From: Octopus bimaculoides
Taxonomy: Eukaryota
Direction of reading: 5' to 3'
Length of the DNA stretch: 50,246 nucleotides
Assembly (NCBI RefSeq): GCF_001194135.2
Contig: NC_068990.1
Span: 90,288,231 to 90,338,476 of the forward strand
A program made the position numbers and the translations under genes. Positions 1 through 12,944 of the stretch are shown piece after piece; positions within the stretch are counted from its first letter, which is position 1; each line of letters opens with the position of its first letter. The notes below the pieces were generated by a model. That model searched no databases and was not told the origin of the DNA. It saw only the letters and a list, made by a program, of their open reading frames with translations.

Positions 1-38
<38 letters not shown>
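1..38. repeat. (GT)n microsatellite
   Basis: Perfect dinucleotide run at window start. Confidence 0.97.
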
Positions 39-41
<3 letters not shown>

Positions 42-420
42 TGTTAATTTTTAAATATTATAAATTCACTTGAAAACTAAGCGTTTTGCCAACACCTGCC
101 CCATCAGGCATTATGCCGAATTTTGTATATATACATATATATAATTTATACTTTAAAAAATCTCTCGTAGTCAATGATTATGCTTTGAAATTTAGCTACT
201 GTTAATCTTCAACTGCTACATAGCGAGCGAGCGAGCACTTGCTCATGTATTGGATATGTATGTACATGGCTGTGTTTAACTTGACCTATGTTCACATACT
301 TAATCAGAATTTAGGAGAGGTTTGCATACGGAACAGCACATAGGAAAGAAATTAAAAATATTCCATATAACATATATAGATACGTAAATACATACATACA
401 TACCATATTATATAGTTTAT

Positions 421-421
<1 letters not shown>

Positions 422-480
<59 letters not shown>
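422..480. repeat. (AC)n microsatellite
   Basis: About 30 perfect units; explains the CVCVCV peptide in ORF 311..556. Confidence 0.97.
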
Positions 481-483
<3 letters not shown>

Positions 484-1374
484 ACACACATATATATATT
501 ATACATATGTATGCACAATAAATATGTATATAGAAATATATAAAATACACATACATGTATATATGTATAATATGAGGTAAATATTAAAAGGTTATGATAT
601 TCTTTATAAATGAGAAGTCACTGAAATATTTATTATGATATATAAAACTTCATCTTGGTTAGATCTTGCCTGAATTCACGCGCTTGTTCCGAAAGTTTAT
701 GATTCGTTATCTCTATAAATTTCGCTACTGACAGGCTGGAATTTGTGTAAATTAAGTTTAACATATGCAAGGCTGTTACTTTTGATAGTTTTCCTGAATG
801 TCTGGTTTTCGTGCATACGTTAATTTGGTCCGTGTTATATTTTTGTCATTATTTTATTATTAAGGAGAAAATCGATTTCCTGAGATTCATTGTTACTTGT
901 ATGTCGTTATCTGGAATGTCAGCGTAGTAAAATCTTGGTCTTTTAAAAATATAGGCTCCGTTATAAATGGATAATGACAATATATGACATTAGCGTAGTT
1001 CTGCTTGACGTACACGTTTCGAAATCAACATATTACAGTTGTACTATTGTTCCTGTGTTAAATAGAATTTTCTTTTAGAGAATGTTAGTGATTTTGTCGA
1101 GTTCTTTCTTGCTCTAGTTTGAATGGGTTGAGAAATTTAGCTATGGGGCTATTCATAATGTTCGCTTTATGATCCTTAAGAGTAAAATAATATTTTAGTG
1201 TAAGAAATTTCAACATACCAACTGTGCTAAAATTTGCGTATTAAGATAGACTACCAGACTGCTGCATTGTTGGTATTTCATTATAGTTATTAACCAACTC
1301 TTTCTTATAAATGCTACATATGTTACATATATTTTATTTTTATTGTCTACCCACCTCCTCCGTTCGTTGAATTT

Positions 1375-1574
1375 TAGCACAAAGCCGGTAATTTCGGGGG
1401 AAGGGTAAGCCAATCACATCGATCCCAGTGCTCGACTGGTACCTATTTTATCGACCCCGAGATGATAAAAGGCAAAGCTGACCTCGACGGAATTTGAACT
1501 CAGTACATCAAGATGTACAAAACGTCGCGAAACATTTTGCCCGGCGTGCTAACGATTCTGCCAGCTCACCGCTT
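1375..1574 (-). mobile_element. tRNA-derived SINE, family A (octopus-type)
   Basis: Homologous to 15217-15440, 20734-20951, 41681-41844 and 43214-43416 (shared TTTATCGACCCCGA..AAAGGCAAAG..GACCTCG..GGAATTTGAACTC..GCTAACGATTCTGCCAGCTC). The reverse complement gives an A-box-like TGGCAGAATCGTTAG and a B-box-like GAGTTCAAATTCC. Confidence 0.88.
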
Positions 1575-2652
1575 TAAGAACCCCATATACATCACAAGCG
1601 TATGCAACTGAGCAGAGTTAAAGCAAACAAAATATCAGTGGTTTAATCCGCTATATTCAACAACGATAGAACACAAAGTGGATAATACAGTGCTTTATTG
1701 AATTTGCTTTCAATGCGAATAAGGAAAGTCAACCCAGACGAACATTGCTAGTAAACTACCATCCACTAACAATTTTAAAATCATAAGAACTACAAAGTCA
1801 CAAATATGATTATTACCCCCAAATACAATTCATGTATGCTCAGAATAATTATATTCAGTAATGCTTGCAGTCATTGCCTCATTTGACATTTATTGGAACA
1901 AAATAATTTGCATAAATATGGAAAATAAAATCAATTTTAAGCGATATATATATATATAATGAGCATAAATATACATCTAAAACCATACGAATTTAATGAT
2001 GCATGTATGACTTTAAAAGATATTCCAAATCTTTATAACATACGGCACGTTGGAGACAAAACAAAACTGCGTGGATAATGTAATTTATTGCAACTCATAT
2101 AAACTAGAAATAACATTAACCTTCTAACGAGTTACTGAGATAATTTCACCCTGCCTACATAAGCAAATATATCTTGGAGTATATCATAACGTATCGGGTC
2201 TCACCAAAGTGTTCATAAATATGAAGAAATTCTCCATGACGATGATAGGCGATGTTTTTTTATTTATCTAAGTTGAAAATAATATTGATAAAATATGTTT
2301 TAAATCTTATAGCTTTCAAAATGTTATATTAACCATCATTAAACAAGTTTTCTGATTCATATTAAACTGCATATAAATCATACATACACAATAAATTTTA
2401 CATACAAACATGTTTTTGCGCAAAACAAGCTGTGAATCATTTTGGAATATTTACACGCTACTTGTCGTTAGCCACGTTAATGCTCCTGTTGTGTACATAT
2501 TGAATCCGAAAGTAGATACTAATCCACTGTGTAGTAGCCTATGACAAAACAGCGAGAAAACGCTCAAAACATGATTCAATTAGAAATGATTTTTAAAACT
2601 TGTAATTTTCATTATCAAAATATGTAAATATACGCTGCAAAACCTTCCACCA

Positions 2653-3050
2653 CAGGCACCGCGTGGCTACGTGGTAAGAAACTTGCTTCTCAACCACATG
2701 GTTCCGGGTTCAGTTCCACTGCGTGGAACCTTCGGCAAGTGTCTTCTACCTTAGCCTCGGGCCGACCAAAGCCTTGTGAGTGGATTTGGTAGACGGAAAC
2801 TGAAAGAAGCCCGTCGTATATATACATATGTATATCTTTGTGTGTGTCTGTGATTGTCTCCCACCATCACTTCACAATCGATATTGGTGTGTTCACGTCC
2901 CCGTAACTTAGCACTTCGACAAAAGAGATCCGATAGAATAAGTACTAGGCTTACAAAGAATAAGTCCTGGGGTTGATTTGTTCGACTATAGGCGGTGCTC
3001 CAGCATGGCCACAGTCAAATGACTGAAACAAGTAAAATAATAAAAGAATA
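2653..3050 (+). mobile_element. Near full-length tRNA-headed SINE, family B, with CORE-like segment and internal microsatellite
   Basis: A-box GTGGCTACGTGG, B-box GGGTTCAGTTCC, CORE/MIR-like ACCTTCGGCAAGTGTCTTCTACCTTAGCCTC, internal (TA)/(TG) patch after AAGCCCGTCG, 3' end CAGTCAAATGACTGAAACAAGTAAAA shared with 17140-17525, 18280-18420 and 26292-26580. Confidence 0.9.
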
Positions 3051-3141
3051 CAAATGTGAAAATTTACTTTTCAGCTTCAGTGGTTTTATATATACATACT
3101 TATTCAGCTTTACTGTTGCACACACACACACACACACATAA

Positions 3142-3420
3142 TGAGGGCGCATGGCTTTGTGGTTAGAGTATTGCACTCACGATCTAGCGATCGTGATTTC
3201 AAATCCAGACTGAGTGGCACGTTGTGCTCTGGAGCAAAGCTCTGCATCACACGTTGCTCTATGACCACTTCGACACCTGACGCCTGGTACACCGTGCACC
3301 TGTTCAGAGAACGTTGATTTGATGGAAAGAGAGAGTGAGCTAATATACAGCACGAACATGTGATCACTATAAACGAATCGTTTGTGCAGCTCGTTCGGCA
3401 AAAGCTGAACGTTCATATGT
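3142..3420 (+). mobile_element. tRNA-headed SINE, family F
   Basis: A-box ATGGCTTTGTGG, B-box-like GATTTCAAATCC; body homologous to the minus-strand copy at 33280-33395 (GAGCAAA..GCATCAC.CGTT.CTCT..GA.CACTTC). Confidence 0.75.
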
Positions 3421-3590
3421 CTCATTCGACGAGTGACTCCATTATATATATTCGGTGGATACACACCCACCGGACACACCGCTGCCATTACTACAATCAC
3501 TACTCCAACACAACCACCACTACGTCTACTACAGTAAACAACAATACTCATATTATTAGCTTTAATATTAGTACTAAAAATATCGATAGC

Positions 3591-3640
<50 letters not shown>

Positions 3641-3644
3641 TAAT
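3591..3644. repeat. (AAT)n microsatellite
   Basis: About 18 units; source of the poly-N and poly-I ORFs. Confidence 0.96.
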
Positions 3645-3851
3645 AGAATTGATGATGTTCATATATATTATGACGATAGAGATGATGGATGACAAAGATA
3701 TTGAAAACACTCCTTATCGCCATTCTTATGTCTGACGTCACGTTTACATAAATGCAGCTGTGTATATTGCTTTTTCATTTGCACTTCTGCTGGGTTTACA
3801 TATACATGTATGGAAACACTCACATATAGACCCTTCTATATGTGTACATAT

Positions 3852-3888
<37 letters not shown>

Positions 3889-4412
3889 NNNNNNNNNNNN
3901 NNNNNNNNNNNNNNNNNNNNNNNNNNNNNNNNNNNNNNNNNNNNNNNNNNNNNNNNNNNNNNNNNNNNNNNNNNNNNNNNNNNNNNNNNNNNNNNNNNNN
4001 NNNNNNNNNNNNNNNNNNNNNNNNNNNNNNNNNNNNNNNNNNNNNNNNNNNNNNNNNNNNNNNNNNNNNNNNNNNNNNNNNNNNNNNNNNNNNNNNNNNN
4101 NNNNNNNNNNNNNNNNNNNNNNNNNNNNNNNNNNNNNNNNNNNNNNNNNNNNNNNNNNNNNNNNNNNNNNNNNNNNNNNNNNNNNNNNNNNNNNNNNNNN
4201 NNNNNNNNNNNNNNNNNNNNNNNNNNNNNNNNNNNNNNNNNNNNNNNNNNNNNNNNNNNNNNNNNNNNNNNNNNNNNNNNNNNNNNNNNNNNNNNNNNNN
4301 NNNNNNNNNNNNNNNNNNNNNNNNNNNNNNNNNNNNNNNNNNNNNNNNNNNNNNNNNNNNNNNNNNNNNNNNNNNNNNNNNNNNNNNNNNNNNNNNNNNN
4401 NNNNNNNNNNNN

Positions 4413-4451
<39 letters not shown>

Positions 4452-5494
4452 TTACACACTCTCATAATGCACAGCGTATGGCTTCAGACGATTAATATCT
4501 CTTATTTGTAGTTTTATAAATAAATAAACGAATGAATAAATAAATAAATAAATAAATAAAATATAAATACAATGTGGTTACTCTTCCAAGAGGAACCTGT
4601 GGGTTACTCGCACGAATGAATATTGTGGTTTAGCAGTTGCATCTATGTTCTACTCCAAATCCTCACCTCTACCATAACACCGTTACATGAAAACATTCAA
4701 GTGATTTTGCTGGGCGATTTTAATACCCTCTTTTGAAACTTAAGTAAACATCCGTCGAACCTAGATTTCATGAATATGGCAACCATGTACACCAACAACA
4801 GTAAAATGATAATCTCATTTGGCCCCTTTTATTTTAAGCAATTCGCTTTACGCCAGCATCAGTGGTTCTTATTCTAAATTTATTCCGACCCTTAATCTAA
4901 TAATAATAGTCAAACCACATATTGAATTCGTCTCTGAAACACAAATTCCTCCTTTTATAAATCTAACCACACTCTGCCGTTTGGATCACTCTTAGATATT
5001 ATATTATTTCTCAGCAATGCGTTGTCTGTACATGCACACAATGTCTCCGGTACTCACATCACTTTCCTGGATATCTACAACAAATACTTCTACTAACACT
5101 GGTTCAAATCCCGTGCTTTCTCATTCTTTTTTTATATTCATCTGCACTAACTACAGTACACTGATATTCCAAATTATACATCACAGGAGAACCTCTATGT
5201 GATTGCTCAAGCTGTTAGAAACAGCGTGTTGGCTATTATACCAAGAAAGCAGAGCGACCTTGTTGACTTTCTAGTCGACATTAATTGTTCATTACCGTTA
5301 GGGAAGTCTTGACCAATCAGTTCGCTGATTCAAAGATTTTCCAGGGTTGATCATACGCTTTATCTTCCCATTCATAAATATATCATCTAGGGCTATATAT
5401 CTATAAATAATTAGTGATTAGCATCTAATTAGTGTTAACTAACTAATTAATGGATCTTAGATTCAGAGAATTGAGAGTATATAACTTACGACAC

Positions 5495-5650
5495 TTCCCA
5501 TTCTGAGTTCAAAACCCACCGTGGTGAAACTCTGCTATCATTTCAGGGACGGCAAAATAAAATAGAAGTGAAGGGGTTGAATCGATGATAAATCCATAAT
5601 TCTCCACTCAAAAATTGCAGATTGATATGCCTTTGTTAGAAATCGATATT
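5495..5650 (+). mobile_element. Old family-A-like SINE remnant
   Basis: TTCTGAGTTCAAAACCCACCGTGGTGAAACT resembles the family A B-box region (TTCTGAGTTCAAATTCCGCCGAGGTCGACT); heavily diverged. Confidence 0.5.
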
Positions 5651-5750
5651 AGAAAAAGAACAGGTGCAATGAATAGCTGCGTAATTGCGATTTAGTTGCT
5701 ATATTCTTGACAGTGGTCTGCTAAGTACATTTCTGGTGCATGATCGGAAA

Positions 5751-5752
5751 TA

Positions 5753-5817
<65 letters not shown>

Positions 5818-5836
5818 AATAATAATAGTAATGATA
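5751..5836. repeat. (GAT)n(AAT)n compound microsatellite
   Basis: Long (GAT)n run followed by AAT units. Confidence 0.96.
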
Positions 5837-5837
5837 G

Positions 5838-6018
5838 TACATGGAGCAAATGGGGGCTGAAATAGGGGTGGAGCACTTGCAGAAAGCAGCACTGCTTGGA
5901 ACCGTTCGAATACTCCGGAAAGTGCTCGAAAAATAAGAGGTGTTACCTTAGTTCCCTGGTAGTGAACAGCTGACGCCGTAGTATGGTATATCTCCACCGT
6001 TAGACGCTGTGCAAAGGC
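5838..6018 (+). mobile_element. 5'-truncated 3' end of an R4/Dong-type non-LTR retrotransposon
   Basis: 5838-5936 reads YMEQMGAEIGVEHLQKAALLGTVRILRKVLEK*, matching the LQKxxLLGTxRILRxVL C-terminus I associate with R4/Dong ORFs. It is followed by an approximately 80 nt 3' UTR and an AAT/GAT-rich tail. Confidence 0.82.
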
Positions 6019-6400
6019 AATAAATATAATGATAACGATGGTGAGGATGATGATGATGATGATTATGTATGTATGTATTTATAATTTTTGCCTGAATGTA
6101 TGCATGTATGTAAAGCTATAAGCATACTGTATAAGTAAAGACGAAAATCGAGACAGAATGGCGGAGGGAAATGACATTTCTACAATGGACATTCGAATCC
6201 AACTGATATTCACCTATCCTCACGCCATATTTTATTTCGTTATATTGTTCGAACTCACACACGCACACATACACATACACACAAGCACAGACAGACATAT
6301 ACGTATGCACACATACATACTGAATACGCTCTGTTTTTTTTTTACCATTTCTTGTTGTCTTTGTTTTCTGTGTCCGCTCTGTCAGGCTTCCTCTCTTTTC

Positions 6401-6446
<46 letters not shown>

Positions 6447-6466
6447 NNNNNNNNNNNNNNNNNNNN

Positions 6467-6505
<39 letters not shown>

Positions 6506-6923
6506 ATATTTCCCGCAAACATTCACATGGTCTACAATGCTCTGTCTATTAAACAGAAACAATCTTTCTCTTTCAATTTCGTGTTGGCTTTCAGCACACA
6601 TAATGTGTACGCGTTCAAACACATACACTTGATGTGTTTAAGGGTGTGTGTATGTGTACATGTGTGCATATGCATGCGTTCGTGCGCTGATATAAATCAT
6701 GAGAGTGTCATTATATCCATAAATCACGCATAGCATACTTCTACTGGGTGTGGACCGTCGTTATAACTAACACATATCACTGATTTCTTTAACAATTAAC
6801 TGCAATAAGCTGTATATCAAGGTTGTTTAATTGAGCCAATGTTTCATGTTATGTCTACATAACATGCTCAATAGAATCCGGTGATATGCCCCAACTCTAG
6901 CCTCTAATGTTCTATATTATAAC

Positions 6924-7030
6924 GGGCATATGGCGTAGTGGTTAAAAGCGCGGGCCACTAACCCCAAGATTCCGACTTCGATTCCAGGCAGTGACTTGAA
7001 TATAATGACGATAATAATAATAATAATAAT
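6924..7030 (+). mobile_element. Short tRNA-derived SINE with (AAT)n tail, family G
   Basis: A-box TGGCGTAGTGG, tRNA-like middle, B-box-like ACTTCGATTCC, then (ATA)n. Confidence 0.75.
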
Positions 7031-7945
7031 ACTTTTTTTTTGTTTTTTGACAGAACAAAACTTGGTACGACCACAAACCTGAAGGCATTGTAGAAAATAT
7101 TCTTGCTCGCTTGTAATATTTCATATACAAAATATACGAGTAAACTGTGTTTGTGTGAACATTTGTTTTCTAAAACAGTCAGCTATTTGAGACTACCATT
7201 TATGTATTTACAAACATTTGTAGCACTAATTATTGCTATAAATGTGACTACACAATCTGAATTCAGAAACTGTAGGTTTCCAAAATGTTGACGCCTAATG
7301 TTCTCTTTCTTGCTCTGAAAGAAATGGTTACATCTTCAGGGCAGCTGACTTCTAAACTTGCTCGTGATTCTTATTTCTTTTACGTCTCAAGCAATTATAA
7401 GAATCTCGATATGTTTCCATTTGCCGAAAGTTTTTTCTCTTTTTATCTTCCATCATTATTCCTTGTATGGATACATTTGCATGTATTCAACAACAGAAAT
7501 ATTTTTATCGTTTATCCCAGGGCATTCTTTTCTAATAGATTGCAGTGTACATATCATTATATGGTTATAGAAACAACTTCCTACCGCATTGAAAGGAACG
7601 TAATGAAAGGAACCGCATTGAAAGGAACCTGCAAAGCAACAGATCACACGTGAGATATTTTCACAGGAACGTGACACAATAGACACATTCGCACGCATCT
7701 TCATGTTTAATGTCTTCGGTGTCTCTTTTGTTTACCAGATATTTTGAAGCTATCATATGTTCTTCAGTTGCAAAAGCGTAGTCGTTCAAACGTGATGTCA
7801 TGTAACAACCACGAAGCCAAGAGGTTACACTTAATGACAACGTATACATGATCCTCAACTTTACGGGTAAATTCTCAGAATGACTATTTTGGGTATGAAG
7901 AGGTTTTCTCTTCTAGATATTCGTTGAGGTTCATATATATATATA

Positions 7946-7983
7946 AGCAATCTACTTACCACACAGCCACTCCTGCGCCTATA
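7946..7983 (-). mobile_element. 5' head fragment of a family B SINE (duplicated at 8814-8851)
   Basis: Reverse complement ATAGGCGCAGGAGTGGCTGTGTGGTAAGTAGATTGCT aligns to the head of the 2653 copy (ACAGGCACCGCGTGGCTACGTGGTAAGAAACTTGCT). Confidence 0.7.
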
Positions 7984-9243
7984 CGTTCACCTTTATTTGT
8001 TATTTTTGTTTTTTTATTGTATGCCACATTAAATCGTATTACTTTATCGCGGGGACATTCTCTCACAGTCGCCCAATGATGTGTCNNNNNNNNNNNNNNN
8101 NNNNNNNNNNNNNNNNNNNNNNNNNNNNNNNNNNNNNNNNNNNNNNNNNNNNNNNNNNNNNNNNNNNNNNNNNNNNNNNNNNNNNNNNNNNNNNNNNNNN
8201 NNNNNNNNNNNNNNNNNNNNNNNNNNNNNNNNNNNNNNNNNNNNNNNNNNNNNNNNNNNNNNNNNNNNNNNNNNNNNNNNNNNNNNNNNNNNNNNNNNNN
8301 NNNNNNNNNNNNNNNNNNNNNNNNNNNNNNNNNNNNNNNNNNNNNNNNNNNNNNNNNNNNNNNNNNNNNNNNNNNNNNNNNNNNNNNNNNNNNNNNNNNN
8401 NNNNNNNNNNNNNNNNNNNNNNNNNNNNNNNNNNNNNNNNNNNNNNNNNNNNNNNNNNNNNNNNNNNNNNNNNNNNNNNNNNNNNNNNNNNNNNNNNNNN
8501 NNNNNNNNNNNNNNNNNNNNNNNNNNNNNNNNNNNNNNNNNNNNNNNNNNNNNNNNNNNNNNNNNNNNNNNNNNNNNNNNNNNNNNNNNNNNNNNNNNNN
8601 NNNNNNNNNNNNNNNNNNNNNNNNNNNNNNNNNNNNNNNNNNNNNNNNNNNNNNNNNNNNNNNNNNNNNNNNNNNNNNNNNNNNNNNNNNNNNNNNNNNN
8701 NNNNNNNNNNNNNNNNNNNNNNNNNNNNNNNNNNNNNNNNNNNNNNNNNNNNNNNNNNNNNNNNNNNNNNNNNNNNNNNNNNNNNNNNATATATATATAT
8801 ATATATATATATAAGCAATCTACTTACCACACAGCCACTCCTGCGCCTATACGTTCACCTTTATTTGTTATTTTTGTTTTTTTATTGTATGCCACATTAA
8901 ATCGTATTACTTTATCGCGGGGACATTCTCTCACAGTCGCCCAATGATGTGTCCTTAATTTTAGGCTTCGGTTTTGTTATAACCGACATTTCTCGTGAGT
9001 TGACGGTGTCTGTCACTTAGATAGAAACTACTTGATGAGGATTCTTAGATTCTCGATTGCATGGATCTCGTCTCCTATTATTGAGATATTATAAACTTGT
9101 GAATACATCATACAAGGCTTCTAGAATGATTTCGTCCTACCGTAGTTGTGTTTTTTAATTTTAAATAACTATATTCAGTTCTCAATGAACAGGTCTATTT
9201 TGTTTATCTTCTTTTAGTGTTAAGTAGGTTATTCCAGTAGTCA

Positions 9244-9254
9244 AGATATAGATG

Positions 9255-9287
<33 letters not shown>

Positions 9288-9296
9288 ATAGATAGT
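9244..9296. repeat. (GATA)n microsatellite
   Basis: Imperfect tetranucleotide run. Confidence 0.92.
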
Positions 9297-10300
9297 TAGA
9301 AATATAGACAGAGAGATAAAGAGAGAGGAAGAGNNNNNNNNNNNNNNNNNNNNNNNNNNNNNNNNNNNNNNNNNNNNNNNNNNNNNNNNNNNNNNNNNNN
9401 NNNNNNNNNNNNNNNNNNNNNNNNNNNNNNNNNNNNNNNNNNNNNNNNNNNNNNNNNNNNNNNNNNNNNNNNNNNNNNNNNNNNNNNNNNNNNNNNNNNN
9501 NNNNNNNNNNNNNNNNNNNNNNNNNNNNNNNNNNNNNNNNNNNNNNNNNNNNNNNNNNNNNNNNNNNNNNNNNNNNNNNNNNNNNNNNNNNNNNNNNNNN
9601 NNNNNNNNNNNNNNNNNNNNNNNNNNNNNNNNNNNNNNNNNNNNNNNNNNNNNNNNNNNNNNNNNNNNNNNNNNNNNNNNNNNNNNNNNNNNNNNNNNNN
9701 NNNNNNNNNNNNNNNNNNNNNNNNNNNNNNNNNNNNNNNNNNNNNNNNNNNNNNNNNNNNNNNNNNNNNNNNNNNNNNNNNNNNNNNNNNNNNNNNNNNN
9801 NNNNNNNNNNNNNNNNNNNNNNNNNNNNNNNNNNNTATATAGGTGTGAGTTCGAGTCTCATAGCTGGCCGCCCACACTTTTTTCTGCAAAATAGGGGTAG
9901 CTTATCCTGTTCAGGCTATGTTATTAGCATTATCCTGCGATTGAGAATTTAAAATCACTTCTGTAACTTTCTGAGACATCTCAACGCTTCTAAAAGCAAA
10001 CTTCGGTTGTTTGTTTACGTTTATCGTAATTTGAATTAAACATATATATATATGTATATATATATGCATATGTATAGAGTGTTTGAAGTGGTGTACAGAT
10101 ATTGTATATTCAGAAAAAGGAAGCAGTCAAAAATTGGGATAAACCTTTATTTGCGCTTTCGTTCGTAAACGAACTCAAGAAAAAATCAAAGTCATTTCGA
10201 ATTTGATTTTTCCTTGAAGAGTTTGTAAACAAACGAAAGCGGTAACAGCAAAAGGTTACCCAAAATTCTGACTGAATCCCTTTTCTCAGTATATAAATAC

Positions 10301-10351
<51 letters not shown>

Positions 10352-10369
10352 AGTGAGTGTATGTATGTC

Positions 10370-10480
10370 ATCATTCAGTTTATTTCAAGATTTCTTACCA
10401 ATAGAGAATGAACCAGTCTCTAACCTAGATTCAAGGCTCCTTCATTGGAATTTCAACATCAACCACAGGATATTTTTGTA
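10370..10480. repeat. Unclassified interspersed repeat
   Basis: TCATTCAGTTTATTTCAAGATTTCTTACCAATAGAG..CTAACCTAGATTCAAGGCTCCTTCATTGGAATTTCAACATC is recalled as a frequent octopus repeat; there is no second copy in this window to confirm it. Confidence 0.45.
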
Positions 10481-10891
10481 TGAATGTATGTATGCATGCA
10501 TTTATGTATGTATGTGAAGATTTCTATATTTTATGTATGTGTTCTCATGCATATAGTTACATGCTAGATATGTAACATATTTCCATGTTAGTATGTATTA
10601 TATAGACGATTTCCATGCTAAGCTTCTTAAATGTTTTGCAGCTTGTGAGAGTGCCTTCGATGGGTTATTACTGTAATGTCTCGATTATGGTTTGTAGTTT
10701 CAAGAAAACCTAGATTCTTAATTTTCGTGCTGAGACTGTTAGTGACGTATGCAGTCACCCCACTAAATATTGGTAGAAATTTGAAGTTATAGTCTGGTTG
10801 AGAGCTATTACATGTCTCTCAGTTGTGTATGTGTATGTACGCACATACATATATGTTTGTATACATGCATGCACACACACACACACACATA

Positions 10892-10925
<34 letters not shown>

Positions 10926-11334
10926 NNNNNNNNNNCTGCATTATCCGCTAAATATTGATTTCTCGATAAGAGACAAAGCAGAAATAAATTCCATGTAAAC
11001 CTCAGTTTTCCAGTTTAATAATTTATGATTTGTTTTCCATTATTAATAAAGCTGTTGTCGCGAACGTAGTATTTATTGGTCGTGTTGATTGTTTTTACTG
11101 TTGTCGAGTCCAAGTCAGCTCTGAGCGATCATAACTTTAAACGAAAATGCTTGAGATAATCTAGATTATCCAGCGTGTCCTTTATTTATCAATTTTGGTC
11201 TGAGAAGAAAGGGAATGGGTCGTTACTTACAGCAGGTCAGTTATTCGTGGAATGGCTACTTAGTGTTGTTCGATAATCGATGTTTTTGTCGACCCTCATG
11301 TTGTTTATTCACTGTCCTGTTTCAATAAACATTT

Positions 11335-11465
11335 GACCAAAGACATCGCAGCATTGACCAAACTGTCCATTCTTTCTGTATAGCGTAAGTTTAGGGAGAT
11401 TTTACCTTTACATTGTTTACAGTTGGAGTGGCCACATAGAAGCACCTTCGTTGGCTCAAGGAAAC
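11335..11465 (-). mobile_element. Old SINE-like repeat, family D
   Basis: CATAGAAGCACCTTCGT matches CATAGATGCTCCTTCGT at 13750-13770; GGGAGATTT also shared. Confidence 0.5.
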
Positions 11466-11556
11466 GTTTGTTGTAGATATTTCTGTGGTTGATTGATATT
11501 GAGGGTTGTTGAATGGCCGTAGTTCAAAGCAAGGTCGGTGGATCATATATTCTTAC

Positions 11557-11620
11557 CAATGCGTAGAACTGTCGAACTACACCAGTCTACCTCATTGTAA
11601 ATAGCAGCATATTTTCTATA
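11557..11620 (-). other. Candidate internal coding exon (64 nt)
   Basis: Acceptor TTTTACTGCACTCTCTTTAG, donor TTG/GTAAGA; only frame 0 is open: YRKYAAIYNEVDWCSSTVLRI. No homology recognised. Confidence 0.35.
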
Positions 11621-12944
11621 CTAAAGAGAGTGCAGTAAAATTAACGAATGTTTAACGACATAATTACAGATTCAGCTTTGTTTTTGCATCATTCATGTGA
11701 AATACTATAATGAAATCACTGGTAATATAAGAGATTTATATCTAATTCCAATTCCAGTTGAAGCAATCAAATTTTACATTTACATTGCAGAAAATCAAAA
11801 CAAAATAAAAGAAAGTGCACCAACAAAATATCCATCCACTGCATTACAACTTTCTTCTGGTTGTAGAATTAATGCCTAAAAGCATAATCCGGTCCTTGGA
11901 TGTCTTTAGCAATATCCACACAATTACAAACATTTAGACCAGGTCATTGGCCAGAAAATTGCTCAATATCTTTAAACGTCTTTTTTTGGCTACTGTAATA
12001 GAGAATCAGTCTTGTATTTGTGCCCTCTTTACACCCTACCAATCCGTCGGATACACTGTCCTTCCCTGGGTGGTAACATCTGATCCATCACTCAATTTAA
12101 CACTCTACATTTTATTGGGTGAGTTTGGTGGAGTCCGTGTATATATAGTTTTTGCAGGAATACGACTTAAGAGCCTCGTTCCGTTTGCTTGCAAACATCT
12201 CATTTTTACTGCAGTAATTCATCAGTTATCTACTTCATCTGCCTTTTCTCTCTACCTGTCCGTCGAACAGACTTCATCATTTTTCTTAGGTACACGAGTT
12301 AATCTATTTGCCGTTAAACAAAGCTGAGTTCATTCTGTAGTAAGTATCAGAAAAGGGACTAACTTGGTATAATTATTCACTGTTTCGTGACACTGTATGT
12401 GTAGAAGTCTCTAAAAATATTCAGAGGCGGTACAATTTCCTCCTCTGAGTGACCCATAAACAAAAGAGGAACTTCCACCCCTTCCCCAAATACTTCGTTT
12501 TATTGAAACGGAACATATATCGATAGCATCTCCCCAGTCTTAATCTTGATCTCTTCAGAAAGGGAGATAAATGACATCGTCTTTGCTTCATGCTACTTAT
12601 TTAATCGAACACCAGAACCATCTATAAAATTCACTCCAGTTGAATAATCTTCCAAAGAACTTAGAATGATTGTTTTTCTTTTTGTGAGACCGAGCGAAAT
12701 AAAGTTAGAATAGGTCAGACAAGACAATTAGTCTTGCGTTTATAAAATAGAAGAAACTACAATGCAGCAATTAAAACAGAATGATTAATGCGTTGCAATG
12801 AATATCTTTATTCGTCAGAAATATATCTTACTGTTTCAGAAAATCAATAGAGAAATATTACTCGACAATTTGCTTTATTTCTGATATTTATGATGAGAAA
12901 GATTTTAAATGATTATAAAACTGAAAATTTGTCTATAAATTATT

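Noticed and set aside
7951-7962. Minus-strand donor GTG/GTAAGT
   Set aside because: It is part of the family B SINE head; GTG/GTGAGT at about 33337 is likewise inside a family F SINE.
11947-12327. 126-aa plus-strand ORF
   Set aside because: It has a TTG start, no recognisable motif and no acceptor; the opposite-strand frames have stops at about random frequency.
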